A stretch of DNA of 64,000 bases from a bacterium (GTDB lineage Bacteria; Verrucomicrobiota; Verrucomicrobiia; Limisphaerales; RI-55): positions 157,923-221,922 of the forward strand of contig WGOC01000022.1 of the NCBI GenBank assembly GCA_016124235.1. Direction: 5' to 3'. The position numbers and the translations under genes are program-made. Positions 1 to 9,814 of the stretch are shown one piece after another (within the stretch, counting starts at the first letter, position 1; each line of letters begins with the position of its first letter). Below the pieces are notes generated by a model that did not search any database, was not told the origin of the DNA, and worked only from the letters and a program-made list of their open reading frames with translations.

Positions 1-960
1 CCGTTCGACCAATGGTGGTTGAAACGCATCAATCGCCAGATGCTGACGTGGATCACATTCCCGTGCTACGTCGTGTTGTTTTCCGTTCTGATTTACGTCA
101 TCGGTTACAAGCTCCGCGCCGGTGAATCGGAATGGAACGAAATGCAGTTTGTGGACGTGATTCCCAAGGGCAGTCAGGCCGAATTGCATGGCACAACCTA
201 CGGTTCCCTTTATTCCCCGGTGAACGCCCGCTATGAACTGGCCGGTGAGCAGAAGTACGCCGCTCTGCGCGGCGAATATTTGGGAGCGGCGGCCAACCGA
301 TCCATTGACGGTCACGCTGTCCTGAAAGCGGATCAATATGACGCCGTGGTCGATGTGCCGGTCTGGACCAGCCAGGTGTTTATCGGTCAGTGGGTTGATG
401 ACGGCCCCATGCCTTACACGGCGTCCATCAAACGCAAGGACGTTTCGAACGATTTCGAACTCGCGATCACTAACCGGGAACTGCCGGCCGATGCTCCGTT
501 CCGGGTCGCACTGGGCGGTCGCATTTACAACGATTTCAAAATGCCCGCCAAAGGTGCCACGGCGACTTTTGCCCTGCCGCAAGGTGGCGGGGTGCGAATC
601 GCCGACTTTGTCAATTCGGCGAGCCGGGAATTCTACGCGGCCGCCAATCAACGCAATCAGGGTTTTGGCAGTGATACCGCCCGGTTCAGCTTGCGACCCC
701 CGGATGCGACGATGGCAATTTCGTTGGCCGGCGCCATGGAAATCAACCAGAACAACAATAATTACAATTATTACGGCGGTCGATTCCTGACGCCGGGGCA
801 CCTCGAGATTTCCGATCTGTTGCGCGATGATTTTGCGGTGGTGATGGTCTGGTGCGAAAACTACGCGCCGGTCAAGCCGATGAACCAGTTCCGCCCCCGC
901 CGCAGTTCACGCGGCGCGTTGATGCGCCTGGCTGTGCCGTTGAACTCTCCGGAGAAATGA
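1..960 (+). CDS. hypothetical membrane protein, C-terminal part (5' end probably outside the window)
   Basis: Frame 1 is open from nt 1 (PFDQWW precedes the TTG at 19 used by the ORF track). There is one hydrophobic helix (WITFPCYVVLFSVLIYVIGY). The stop TGA at 958-960 overlaps the ATG at 957 of the ABC ATPase (ATGA), so it is co-operonic. No family recognised. Confidence 0.5.
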   Translation, partial: PFDQWWLKRINRQMLTWITFPCYVVLFSVLIYVIGYKLRAGESEWNEMQFVDVIPKGSQAELHGTTYGSLYSPVNARYELAGEQKYAALRGEYLGAAANRSIDGHAVLKADQYDAVVDVPVWTSQVFIGQWVDDGPMPYTASIKRKDVSNDFELAITNRELPADAPFRVALGGRIYNDFKMPAKGATATFALPQGGGVRIADFVNSASREFYAAANQRNQGFGSDTARFSLRPPDATMAISLAGAMEINQNNNNYNYYGGRFLTPGHLEISDLLRDDFAVVMVWCENYAPVKPMNQFRPRRSSRGALMRLAVPLNSPEK

Positions 961-1919
961 TTATGTCCGAAGCCGCTCCGCCCATTCCCGCCGTCCAGAC
1001 GAGCAACCTCACCCGCGTTTACGGGTCGATGGTCGCGCTGAATAATCTCAATCTCACGATCAACCAGGGCGACCTCTTCGGGTTCATCGGGTCCAACGGC
1101 GCGGGCAAGACGACCACTCTCCGAATTCTGGCAACGTTCCTTTCGCCGTCCGGTGGTTCCGCGGCCGTGCTCGGACACGACGTGGTCAAGGAAGCCGACG
1201 CGGTCCGCCATGTGATTGGTTACATGCCCGACTTTTTCGGTGTCTACAAAGACATGGAGGTGACCGAGTATCTCGATTTCTTTGGTGCGTGTTACAAGAT
1301 CCCGGCGGCCAAGCGCGAAAAGACGGTCGACGACGTACTGGAACTGGTGGGTTTGACCGAAAAGAAAGGTGCACTCATCGGCGCGTTGAGCCGCGGCATG
1401 CAGCAACGCATCGGCCTCGCCCGCGTGTTGATCCACGATCCCAAAGTGCTTTTGTTGGACGAACCCGCGTCGGGTCTCGATCCCCGGGCGCGCATCGAAA
1501 TGATGGCCATTCTCGAGGAACTCAAACGCCTCGGCAAAACCGTCATCATCAGTTCCCACATTCTCAGCGAATTACAGAGCCTGTGCAATCGAGTCGCCAT
1601 CATTGAAAAAGGCAAACTGATTTACGCCGGACCGGTTCAGGGTGTACGCGAGCAAATGTTCACCGGCCGCGTGGTCTGGGCAAAGCTCCGCGAAGGCGAT
1701 CCAGAAAAAGCGATGGGTTTCCTGAAACTGCGGAACGAGATTTCACAGATCGAACCGATCGACGGCGAACTCAAGATCACCATGATCGATCACGAAGCCG
1801 ATCACAGTTGCGTTGCTGAAGTCCTCGTGAACAACGGGTTCAAATTGCTCGAACTCCGCGAGGAAGAGGTGGGATTGGAGGAAGTCTTCCTGCACGTGAC
1901 CAAAGGCGAAACGCAATAG
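957..1919 (+). CDS. ABC transporter ATP-binding protein
   Basis: Walker A GSNGAGKTT, ABC signature LSRGMQQR, Walker B LLLDEPASGLD and H-loop SSHIL are present. The ATG at 957 (MIMSEAAPP) overlaps the upstream stop. The track start at 852 is an upstream extension in the same frame. Confidence 0.9.
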   Translation: MIMSEAAPPIPAVQTSNLTRVYGSMVALNNLNLTINQGDLFGFIGSNGAGKTTTLRILATFLSPSGGSAAVLGHDVVKEADAVRHVIGYMPDFFGVYKDMEVTEYLDFFGACYKIPAAKREKTVDDVLELVGLTEKKGALIGALSRGMQQRIGLARVLIHDPKVLLLDEPASGLDPRARIEMMAILEELKRLGKTVIISSHILSELQSLCNRVAIIEKGKLIYAGPVQGVREQMFTGRVVWAKLREGDPEKAMGFLKLRNEISQIEPIDGELKITMIDHEADHSCVAEVLVNNGFKLLELREEEVGLEEVFLHVTKGETQ

Positions 1920-1992
1920 TCGGGAAGCCAGAGAGGGACGAAGTGCGAACCGCCTGGTTAATCCACATCGTTCTCGCAATTCGCCTCGCGGA

Positions 1993-3684
1993 ATGAATGT
2001 TCTCCCGCTCATTCACCGTGAGTTGCTGGTAAACGCCCGCAAACCGGCGACCCGGCGACTGCGGGTCGCCATTGCCGTGGTTACCTTGGCAATCGCCGCG
2101 GCTTTCCTGCTCGCGATGGAAAACTCCCCGGTAGCGCAATTGGGTTTCTCCGGAAAAACGCTTTTTCAAATCCTCATTTGGCTGGCGTTTGCAACGGCAG
2201 GCTTGTTCGGTGTGTTTTTCGCCGCCGACACGATTAGTGAAGAACGTCGTGAAGGTACGCTCGGGTTACTCTTTCTAACGCCCTTGACCGGTTGCGACGT
2301 TGTCATCGGCAAATTGGCCGGGTGTTGGTTGCGCACTGCCTACGGCCTGCTCGCCGCGCTTCCGGTCATCGGCCTGGCGCTGTTGCTCGGTGGCGTTACG
2401 TTTGCCAACTATTTTGAGGTGGCTCTCGTGTTGGGCAATACACTGTTCGTTTCGACGGCGGTCGGATTAATGATTTCTTCGATCAGCCGGGATTCCGTTC
2501 AAGCGATGATGGGAACGCTGTTGGCGCTGGTCGCGATTGGGGGATTGCCGCTCTGGATCGATGTGGCCTTCAGTACCGTCGCCGGCGGGTTTCAACCCTA
2601 CCTGAGCCACGCCAGCCCGGTGTTTGCGTTGTACCAGGGGGCGAACGGCGGCTCGGCCGATCTTTGGTTCAGTCTGGCCCTGCAACATGGAGTTGGCTGG
2701 TTGGCGATTGTGGTGGCCGCCTGGCGCACTTCACGCGTCGCCGAATCATCATCATCCGTCATCAAGGTCAAAACGCGGAGGAACGTCCAAGCGGCGCCAC
2801 GCCAAGCGAAGACGCAAGCTCGCGATTCGGAAGTTGAATTGCGCAATCGCGAACCAATCACTTGGTTGGTGAAACGCCGATCGCGTGGTCCCACGATACT
2901 CGCGGCGATCGCGATGATCATGGCGGTGCTCGGCACGATCATCCTGTTCATTCTCAACACCGGCAGTCAGCCGAGTCTGAGCATGTTCATACCGGTGACT
3001 ACCATCATCTACGCGCTGCTCTATTTCGTCACCCTGATCTGGCTCGCGGTCCAATCCACCCGACACACGAGCCACGCGCGTCAGCAGGGTGAACTGGAAT
3101 TGCTGCTCGCAACCCCGATCAGCGTTCGCCGAATCGTCACGGGCTACTGGCACGGTTTGATTCGCATCTTTGGGCCCTCCGTGCTCGTCATAGTCGGGCT
3201 TGCGTTTCTGGCCATGATTCAACAAGCCATTCAAATGCAAACCATGTTGGCGAATTCGAACCAACCCAATTCAAACGTATTCGTTGTTCAAACGGCAATC
3301 CACTGGTGCTTTGGGTCGATAGGCATTTTCACGACGACGAGCGCCGTCGCCTGGGTCGGATTGTGGCTCGGATTGACCAGTGAAAAGCAGGCCGTCGCAG
3401 CGGCAAAAGCATTTGCCCTGGTGGTCGTTGTTCCCGCGCTGTTCCACACGCTGATCCAAATGTTTGGCGTCTTTACGAACTTCCTGTTTCGTGGTGGCGG
3501 GACAAATCTACTTTGGCTTTCCACAGCGGTCGACGGATCGATTCCACTGGCCATCGATGTTGGGTTCATCTTCTGGGCACGCCGGAATTTGCTGGCGCAT
3601 TTTCGCGAAGCTGCGGGGAGCACGTTTAAGCGCCGGTCGATTTCATTGCAAAGACGTTGGGTGCGCGCCGCCCCGGGCTCCTGA
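1993..3684 (+). CDS. ABC-2-type transporter permease, internally duplicated (paralogue 1 of 4)
   Basis: Polytopic membrane protein. The first half carries SEERREGTLGLLFLTPL, the ExxGTLExL-type motif of ABC-2 permeases. The second half carries the degenerate copy ARQQGELELLLATPIS. Confidence 0.8.
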   Translation: MNVLPLIHRELLVNARKPATRRLRVAIAVVTLAIAAAFLLAMENSPVAQLGFSGKTLFQILIWLAFATAGLFGVFFAADTISEERREGTLGLLFLTPLTGCDVVIGKLAGCWLRTAYGLLAALPVIGLALLLGGVTFANYFEVALVLGNTLFVSTAVGLMISSISRDSVQAMMGTLLALVAIGGLPLWIDVAFSTVAGGFQPYLSHASPVFALYQGANGGSADLWFSLALQHGVGWLAIVVAAWRTSRVAESSSSVIKVKTRRNVQAAPRQAKTQARDSEVELRNREPITWLVKRRSRGPTILAAIAMIMAVLGTIILFILNTGSQPSLSMFIPVTTIIYALLYFVTLIWLAVQSTRHTSHARQQGELELLLATPISVRRIVTGYWHGLIRIFGPSVLVIVGLAFLAMIQQAIQMQTMLANSNQPNSNVFVVQTAIHWCFGSIGIFTTTSAVAWVGLWLGLTSEKQAVAAAKAFALVVVVPALFHTLIQMFGVFTNFLFRGGGTNLLWLSTAVDGSIPLAIDVGFIFWARRNLLAHFREAAGSTFKRRSISLQRRWVRAAPGS

Positions 3685-3697
3685 CATAGGATTTATC

Positions 3698-5419
3698 ATG
3701 CACGTCCATCCGGTGACCGAGCGCGAAATGCATGCCGAGTCCCGACATGCCATGACGTGGTGGGCGCGCGTGGCGGTCTTTTCGCTCAGCGTGTTCGCGT
3801 TCCTTTGGTGCGCGATCATGACGCCGTTTGATCGGACGACGGGCAGTCGATTGTTCTACTTGGTCAATACTCTGCTTTTCATTGTGATCTGGATTCTCGT
3901 GCCCTTGCTCGTGGCCGATTCACTCAGCCAGGAACGCCGTGAAAACACGCTTGGCCTCCTCATACTGGCTGGACTGAAATCGCGGGAAATCGTCGTGGGC
4001 AAGAGCATCGCTCAGGCTTTGCGGGGCATGAACCTCTTGCTCGTCAATGCGCCCATCATGGTCATTCCAATCATCCTTGGCGGCCTCACGTGGACCGAGG
4101 TTGTGATCGCATTGATGATGAATTCAGCGGCGGTCTTCGTTGCACTTTCTGCTGGTTTGCTCGCGTCGGCGTTGTCGCGACGATGGTGGCGTGCGTTGCC
4201 CTTGGCGTGGTTGCTCAGCGCGCTTTTGATGACCATGTTTACGCTGGCGATATTCATCGGCGAACACATGGCGCTGTTTTCGTCAAACCCGTCCAATGCA
4301 ACGGCGCGGATTCCGGCCGTTCGTCTGGAAATGGATTTCGCGCTGCTCGACTGGGTACGGTCGCCCTGGCAGGACCGGCTTGATCTGCAATTGAACAGCG
4401 CTACCGGAGCACCGCCCGCGGCTTACGGCGTGGATGAAGGCTGGTGGGTCCATGAGATGACATTGTCAGCTCCGAACCTACCGACCGCACTGCTGCTTCG
4501 GGCTTTGCTGACGCTGTTGCTCGCGTTGGTGTTTCACCGGTTCGCGGTCTGGCTCGCCGCTTTGCTGATTGATTTTGACTGGCGCGCGCGTCCGCACTCG
4601 GCGGCTTTCGTCCGGTGGAAACAATTCTGGCTCTCACCCCGTTTCCTGCACGCGTTATTGCGACGCCGACTCTCCTTGGCCATGAATCGCAACCCAATCG
4701 GCTGGTTCCATCAACGTTCGTGGAAATCCCGACTGCTGAAATGGGGATGGTTTCTGGCGCTCGCCGTTGCAGCTTCATTGGTGCTTTCGGACTCGGTGAA
4801 CTACGCTTGGGGCCTGCCCAATGCGCTGCGCTGGCTGGGCATGGTGCTGCTCGCCAATATCGCGTACACGGCGGGGAGTTGTTTTCGTCACGACCTTGAA
4901 TCCGGCACCATGGAATTGTTGTTGGTCTCATCGCTTTCGGACCGCTTGATTCTCAAGGGCCGCATCGCGGGAGTCGCCGGTCAATATCTGCCATCACTGG
5001 TTTTGTTGCTCGTAATTTGGTTTACCATCTTTTTTGACCTGCCCGGGCAATACTTCACCATACGCGGCCAGTTGCATTGGTTTGAACCCGTGATCTTCAC
5101 GACCGCCGCCATCGCCTTGCTGTATCGCGGTGCCCGCGAATCTCTGCGGCGACGCGCGCCCGGTTGGACGTGGTTGCTGACGCTCTTTCACGGAATCATC
5201 TTGCCAGGTCTGGTCGCCGTTTTGGTGACGGCCATTTCTGCGTTCTTCGTGTTGCTGATTGGAGCCGGCTCCGGCGAGTCGTCGACGGTGCTTCTCACGG
5301 CAAACTTGTGGCTCTGGCTTGCGATGTTCATCATTGTTCAAGTGATCGGCACCGCCATTTCCTGGTTCCGGGCGCTCGACCAGTTGCGGGCCCGAAATTT
5401 CAGTGCGTCATTTCGATGA
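3698..5419 (+). CDS. ABC-2-type transporter permease, internally duplicated (paralogue 2 of 4)
   Basis: The ATG at 3698 (MHVHPVTERE) lies 14 nt after the stop of paralogue 1. Motifs SQERRENTLGLLILAGL and DLESGTMELLLVSSLS are present, plus the linker MNRNPIGWFHQRSWKSRLLKWGW. Confidence 0.8.
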   Translation: MHVHPVTEREMHAESRHAMTWWARVAVFSLSVFAFLWCAIMTPFDRTTGSRLFYLVNTLLFIVIWILVPLLVADSLSQERRENTLGLLILAGLKSREIVVGKSIAQALRGMNLLLVNAPIMVIPIILGGLTWTEVVIALMMNSAAVFVALSAGLLASALSRRWWRALPLAWLLSALLMTMFTLAIFIGEHMALFSSNPSNATARIPAVRLEMDFALLDWVRSPWQDRLDLQLNSATGAPPAAYGVDEGWWVHEMTLSAPNLPTALLLRALLTLLLALVFHRFAVWLAALLIDFDWRARPHSAAFVRWKQFWLSPRFLHALLRRRLSLAMNRNPIGWFHQRSWKSRLLKWGWFLALAVAASLVLSDSVNYAWGLPNALRWLGMVLLANIAYTAGSCFRHDLESGTMELLLVSSLSDRLILKGRIAGVAGQYLPSLVLLLVIWFTIFFDLPGQYFTIRGQLHWFEPVIFTTAAIALLYRGARESLRRRAPGWTWLLTLFHGIILPGLVAVLVTAISAFFVLLIGAGSGESSTVLLTANLWLWLAMFIIVQVIGTAISWFRALDQLRARNFSASFR

Positions 5420-6852
5420 ACCTTCGCCCCGTCATTGAACGTGAATTAGTCAGCGAGGCGCGAAACGAGGTCAACTACTGGCTGCGCCTGATAGGTGCGG
5501 CGGCGCTCCTTTTCGTGGGCGCGATGTACGTCGTTAATGATGCCAATTCCAGTCGTTGGCAGGGAGCGCTCCTCTTCGAGCAGATGAATCTCGCGATCTG
5601 GGCCACGGCGTTCGTTCTCGTCCCGGTATTGACCGCTGACTCGGTCGCCCGCGAAAAGCGAGAGGGCACGTTGGGGCTGTTGTTTCTCACGCCGCTCACT
5701 TCGCCCGATATCGTGATCGGCAAGTGCCTGGTTCACGGGTTGCGTTCTTTGACCATCCTGGTCGCCACCATCCCCGTCCTGTGTGTCCCCCTGATGATGG
5801 GCGGCATCTCATTCTGGCAAATTGTCAGCGCGGTGGCGACGAACCTGGGCGCTCTCTGCTTGGGAATGGCGGCGGGCATTCACGCCTCCGTTCGACAGGT
5901 CGACTGGTTGAGCGCCGTCGCGCATGCACTGTTAACCGGCATCGGAATGTTTGTCGGCTTTTGGGTGGTTGCTCGTGCATTGAACTTTTTCCCGAGCGTG
6001 GGCGGCTTCATTATCCTGCCCGTTGCGGCGTTTGTTTTGCAACGCTTCCTGCGCACGAACGCAATCTGGCTGGCCCGAAACTGGCGACGGGAACTCTATC
6101 GAGCGCCCGAACCTTACTGGGTCAACCAAATCGCCCGGTCGCCGGTCTGGCGCCGTGTAATGGCGTGGCCGAGGACCACGGCACTTGAACGCAATCCCAT
6201 CGCCTGGTTGGAGGAACATCGCTGGTCGGCGCGCATCACAAAATGGGCGTGGCTGGGGATTGTGCTCGGCGCGACGGTACTGGGTGGTTGCATCGTCGGG
6301 CCGTTCATGGATTACACAACCTGGCTCAATATTTTAACGCTGCTGCTCGCCGGCGGTTTGTCTTTTCTCGCCGCAAACAGTTTCCGCCGCGAACAGGAAT
6401 CGGGCGCGTTGGAATTGCTGCTCGTCACTCCGTTGTCCACGCGCCAGATTGTTCAGGGACGGCTCCGAGGAATGATTTTGCATTTCCTGCCAGCCACAAT
6501 GCTGCTGGCCTTTTTCTGGATCATTCCGGCCTGGTTTTCCAACGAGATCACGCACGCGACCTGGATGAGTTGCTGGTTCGGCTTTTCCACGCTGGTTACG
6601 ATACCGTTGATTGGATTTTGGTTCGCCCTGCGCCGACTTCATTATGTGACGGCGTGGTTGCTTACGGTGTTTGTGGGTTACCTCGTGCCGGCGGCAGCGG
6701 CTTTCGCACTTCGCATCGTTTTGGGCACGGACGGAACGATCCCGGTTGTGGTGGGTCTCAGTTTATTCACTGGCTATCAACTGGTCGTCGCAGCCATTTG
6801 TTTTCGACAGGTCCAAAAAGCATTGGAAGCGCGCTCGTTTATGGTCGGCTGA
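5416..6852 (+). CDS. ABC-2-type transporter permease, internally duplicated (paralogue 3 of 4)
   Basis: The ATG at 5416 overlaps the TGA at 5417-5419 of paralogue 2 (ATGA). Motifs AREKREGTLGLLFLTPL and REQESGALELLLVTPLS are present, plus the linker LERNPIAWLEEHRWSARITKWAW. Confidence 0.8.
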   Translation: MNLRPVIERELVSEARNEVNYWLRLIGAAALLFVGAMYVVNDANSSRWQGALLFEQMNLAIWATAFVLVPVLTADSVAREKREGTLGLLFLTPLTSPDIVIGKCLVHGLRSLTILVATIPVLCVPLMMGGISFWQIVSAVATNLGALCLGMAAGIHASVRQVDWLSAVAHALLTGIGMFVGFWVVARALNFFPSVGGFIILPVAAFVLQRFLRTNAIWLARNWRRELYRAPEPYWVNQIARSPVWRRVMAWPRTTALERNPIAWLEEHRWSARITKWAWLGIVLGATVLGGCIVGPFMDYTTWLNILTLLLAGGLSFLAANSFRREQESGALELLLVTPLSTRQIVQGRLRGMILHFLPATMLLAFFWIIPAWFSNEITHATWMSCWFGFSTLVTIPLIGFWFALRRLHYVTAWLLTVFVGYLVPAAAAFALRIVLGTDGTIPVVVGLSLFTGYQLVVAAICFRQVQKALEARSFMVG

Positions 6853-6968
6853 AGATCCTGACGACTCAGCACTGAAACTTTGCAGCAATTCAGACCTTGC
6901 GAGCCGGCGGGGTGATTAAGAACAACCCATTCAGATTGGCCCAACGTACGCACAAAAACTGACTTCAG

Positions 6969-8624
6969 ATGAATTCATTGCCTGTCATTGTCAGAGAGCT
7001 GCGGGTGGAAGCTCGGCACACCATGAATTATTGGCTTCGCGTCCTGGGCGCCACGCTGATGCTGGTGGCCGCGGGTTTGGTGATGATCAATTTGCGGGGC
7101 GGGATCGCCGGCAAAGGCAACGAGATGTTCACGGTTCTGCAGCCCACGCTCTTCAGCCTCATCCTGGTACTGGTGCCAATCATGACCTGTGACTGCATCA
7201 GTCGCGAGCGGCGCGAGGGAACGTTGGGGCTGCTATTTCTGACGCCGCTACGCCCGGTCGACGTCGGGCTCGCGAAGGCACTCTCCGCCGTTCTGCGGGC
7301 TTCGACTTTGATCCTCGCGGTAATGCCGATTCTGGCGATCCCGTTGCTTTTGGGTGGCATCAGCGGAAAGGACCTTCTTCGGGCCGCGTTGATGGACGGA
7401 ATGGCTCTGGTTGGCGCGATTGCCGCCGGCTTGATGGCGTCGAGTCGCTGCCGTGCTTTCAGTCGCGCCGCGCTACTCGCACTGTTGTTTTCGGGAACCG
7501 CTCTGTTGATTCTGGGCAATGTCCAGGTTCTCTATTTCTTGCAGCAACTCTTCTCCGGGAAAGTCGGTCCAGCCCCGGACGAACCCATGCCGGCCTGGGT
7601 GTTCATCTTCCTGACAACCATCGGCCCCTGGATGCTGAGTTCCGGCGCTGGTGGCCTCTGGCAACAAACTCCATCGCTAACGACCGCACCGGTTCTTTGG
7701 GTCTGCTTCAGCCAGTTTGTTCTTTCGATCGTGCTGCTGATTGCGACTCTGGCCCTGCTCAATCGCAATCTCCGCACACTGTCGGTCGAGACCGGCATGA
7801 GCCAACGCCAGATTTGGTGGTGGAAAACATTCTGCACGCCGAAGCTGTTCAAGCGTACGTTTTCCCGAATCAGTCGCGGTCTGTTGAATCGCAATCCGAT
7901 CGGTTGGTTGCAACGCCGCACGTGGTCCGCGCGATTGTCCACGTGGGGTTGGTTGGCCGTCCTGATCGTCACCGAGAGCTTCCTCGTAACGACGTCGAAC
8001 CAATCGTTTGGCGGCAACTGGAACAGTTTGATGAATGCGCAACCCATCTTCGCTGCGTTCCTGGGAATCGGAATCACGTTCAGTGCTGCTGACAGTTTTC
8101 GCAACGAAAGAGAGACCGGCGCGCTCGAGCTGCTGCTGGTCACTCCGTTGTCCGTACGGCAGATTCTCGCCGGGCGGCTTTTCGGTCTCTGGGGACAATA
8201 TCTTCCCGTCCTCGTTTTGCTGCTTGGAGCGTGGGGCTACACGTCATCCTGGCAGCTTTGGCAAAACGCAGTGGATCTAAGCGGTATACGATTCGCCTTC
8301 GGCCTCATATTCGTTTCGTCGTTCCTGGCACTTCCCTTTATCGGTCTCTACGAATCGCTCCGAAGGAAGCACTTCTTTACTGCGTGGTTGAGCACGCTGG
8401 CGCGGGGTTTGGTGATCCCAATATTTGGCCCGGGAATCGTCGGGCTCGCGTGGCATTGGAGCTTCTTCCAGGTAACGGGCGTCCGCTTTTACTCGCCCGC
8501 AGGCGATGTCACTCTGCTGCGACTCATGATTGCGGCCGCCCTGATCCAAGGATCTTTTGCGTTGAGAGCCGCGCACAAATTCCAGCAAAACCTCAACGAA
8601 AGACAATTCGCCACGACGATGTGA
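6969..8624 (+). CDS. ABC-2-type transporter permease, internally duplicated (paralogue 4 of 4)
   Basis: Motifs SRERREGTLGLLFLTPL and RNERETGALELLLVTPLS are present, plus the linker LNRNPIGWLQRRTWSARLSTWGW. Confidence 0.8.
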   Translation: MNSLPVIVRELRVEARHTMNYWLRVLGATLMLVAAGLVMINLRGGIAGKGNEMFTVLQPTLFSLILVLVPIMTCDCISRERREGTLGLLFLTPLRPVDVGLAKALSAVLRASTLILAVMPILAIPLLLGGISGKDLLRAALMDGMALVGAIAAGLMASSRCRAFSRAALLALLFSGTALLILGNVQVLYFLQQLFSGKVGPAPDEPMPAWVFIFLTTIGPWMLSSGAGGLWQQTPSLTTAPVLWVCFSQFVLSIVLLIATLALLNRNLRTLSVETGMSQRQIWWWKTFCTPKLFKRTFSRISRGLLNRNPIGWLQRRTWSARLSTWGWLAVLIVTESFLVTTSNQSFGGNWNSLMNAQPIFAAFLGIGITFSAADSFRNERETGALELLLVTPLSVRQILAGRLFGLWGQYLPVLVLLLGAWGYTSSWQLWQNAVDLSGIRFAFGLIFVSSFLALPFIGLYESLRRKHFFTAWLSTLARGLVIPIFGPGIVGLAWHWSFFQVTGVRFYSPAGDVTLLRLMIAAALIQGSFALRAAHKFQQNLNERQFATTM

Positions 8625-8725
8625 ATCGCGGTGCCCTTGGCAAAGCAAAAAGGCAAAACGTCATCGTGGATGTGCACTTCTCTTCTTGGCAGCGGCTCGC
8701 TCGTATTTCTCGGCGGAGTCGCAGC

Positions 8726-9796
8726 TCAGATTAATCCCGCAGTCTCGGGAAAGCCGCACGCGATGTTCATGCTTTGGACGGCCTGACCGCTCGCGCCTTT
8801 GACGACGTTGTCCTCGGCGCTCATCACGATCAACCGGCCGGTTCGCGGATCCAGTCGCCAGGCAATTTCAATCACGTTGGTGCCAACGACATTTTTTGTG
8901 TCGGGCAAAGCGCCGCCCTCGAGCACACGCACGAAGGGTTCGTTCGCATAGACATTGCTATAGCAACGACTGATCGTTTCCGCCAAAGCCGTCATTTCGG
9001 CGCCCGCCTGAAAATGCTTTGCCGGCGCGAGGTAAAGCGTCGTGAGGATACCGCGATTGACTGGAATCAAATGCGGCGTGAATTGAATTGTCACCTCACG
9101 GTCTGCAGCGATGGAAAGTTCCTGTTCAATCTCGGAAAGATGCCGGTGCTTCGGAACGCCGTAGGGGCGCACGCTCTCGTTGCATTCGCAGAACAGATAC
9201 GCAAGATCGGCCTTGCGACCAGCCCCGCTCACTCCGCTCATCGAGTCGGCGATAATCCCCTCGGACTTGATGATTCCAGCGTGCAACAACGGAATGACCG
9301 GCAACAGAATGCTGGTCGGATAACAGCCCGGCGACGCGATCAATAAAGCGTTCTTGATCTGCTCGCGATAAACCTCCGGCAACCCATAAATCGCCTTGGT
9401 CAGCAACTCGGGCGCGGGATGTTCGTGCGCATAGAAATCCTGATAAACGCTCGCGCTACGCAGTCGGAAGTCCGCGCTAAGATCGATCACCCGACAACCT
9501 TGTTCATTCAACGGCACAGCGTATTCGGTGGCCACGCCGTGGGGCAGCGCGAGAAAAACGATTTGCGCCTGCTTGGCCAGGTCCGTCGCGTTTGGTTCCG
9601 AAAACTTCAGTTCGCGGGCTTTGGGATGGCTGGCAAATCGCGGAAATATTTCAGCCACCGTTCGGCCGGCGTATTGGCGTGAAGTGACGGCCACGAGATC
9701 AGCGTGCGGATGACCAAGCAACAAACGGACGAGTTCTTCACCGGAATAACCGGACGCGCCCACGATGGCGACTTTGACGGATGACAGTTCTTTCAT
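8726..9796 (-). CDS. argC: N-acetyl-gamma-glutamyl-phosphate reductase
   Basis: N-terminal Rossmann motif VAIVGASGYSGEELVRLL, active-site SPGCYPTS and a length of 356 aa are typical of ArgC. Confidence 0.92.
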   Translation of the reverse strand: MKELSSVKVAIVGASGYSGEELVRLLLGHPHADLVAVTSRQYAGRTVAEIFPRFASHPKARELKFSEPNATDLAKQAQIVFLALPHGVATEYAVPLNEQGCRVIDLSADFRLRSASVYQDFYAHEHPAPELLTKAIYGLPEVYREQIKNALLIASPGCYPTSILLPVIPLLHAGIIKSEGIIADSMSGVSGAGRKADLAYLFCECNESVRPYGVPKHRHLSEIEQELSIAADREVTIQFTPHLIPVNRGILTTLYLAPAKHFQAGAEMTALAETISRCYSNVYANEPFVRVLEGGALPDTKNVVGTNVIEIAWRLDPRTGRLIVMSAEDNVVKGASGQAVQSMNIACGFPETAGLI

Positions 9797-9814
9797 GGCA
9801 AATGGTTCGATAGG

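Noticed and set aside
852-956. N-terminal extension of the ABC ATPase ORF (track start 852)
   Set aside because: It overlaps the end of the upstream gene in another frame. The ATG at 957 gives a normal-length NBD and an ATGA coupling.
3464-3697. Upstream extensions of permease paralogues 2 and 3 (track starts 3464 and 5164)
   Set aside because: The extensions overlap the preceding permease genes and are Arg/Cys-rich. The internal ATGs at 3698 and 5416 align with the conserved N-termini (..ERE..E.R....W).
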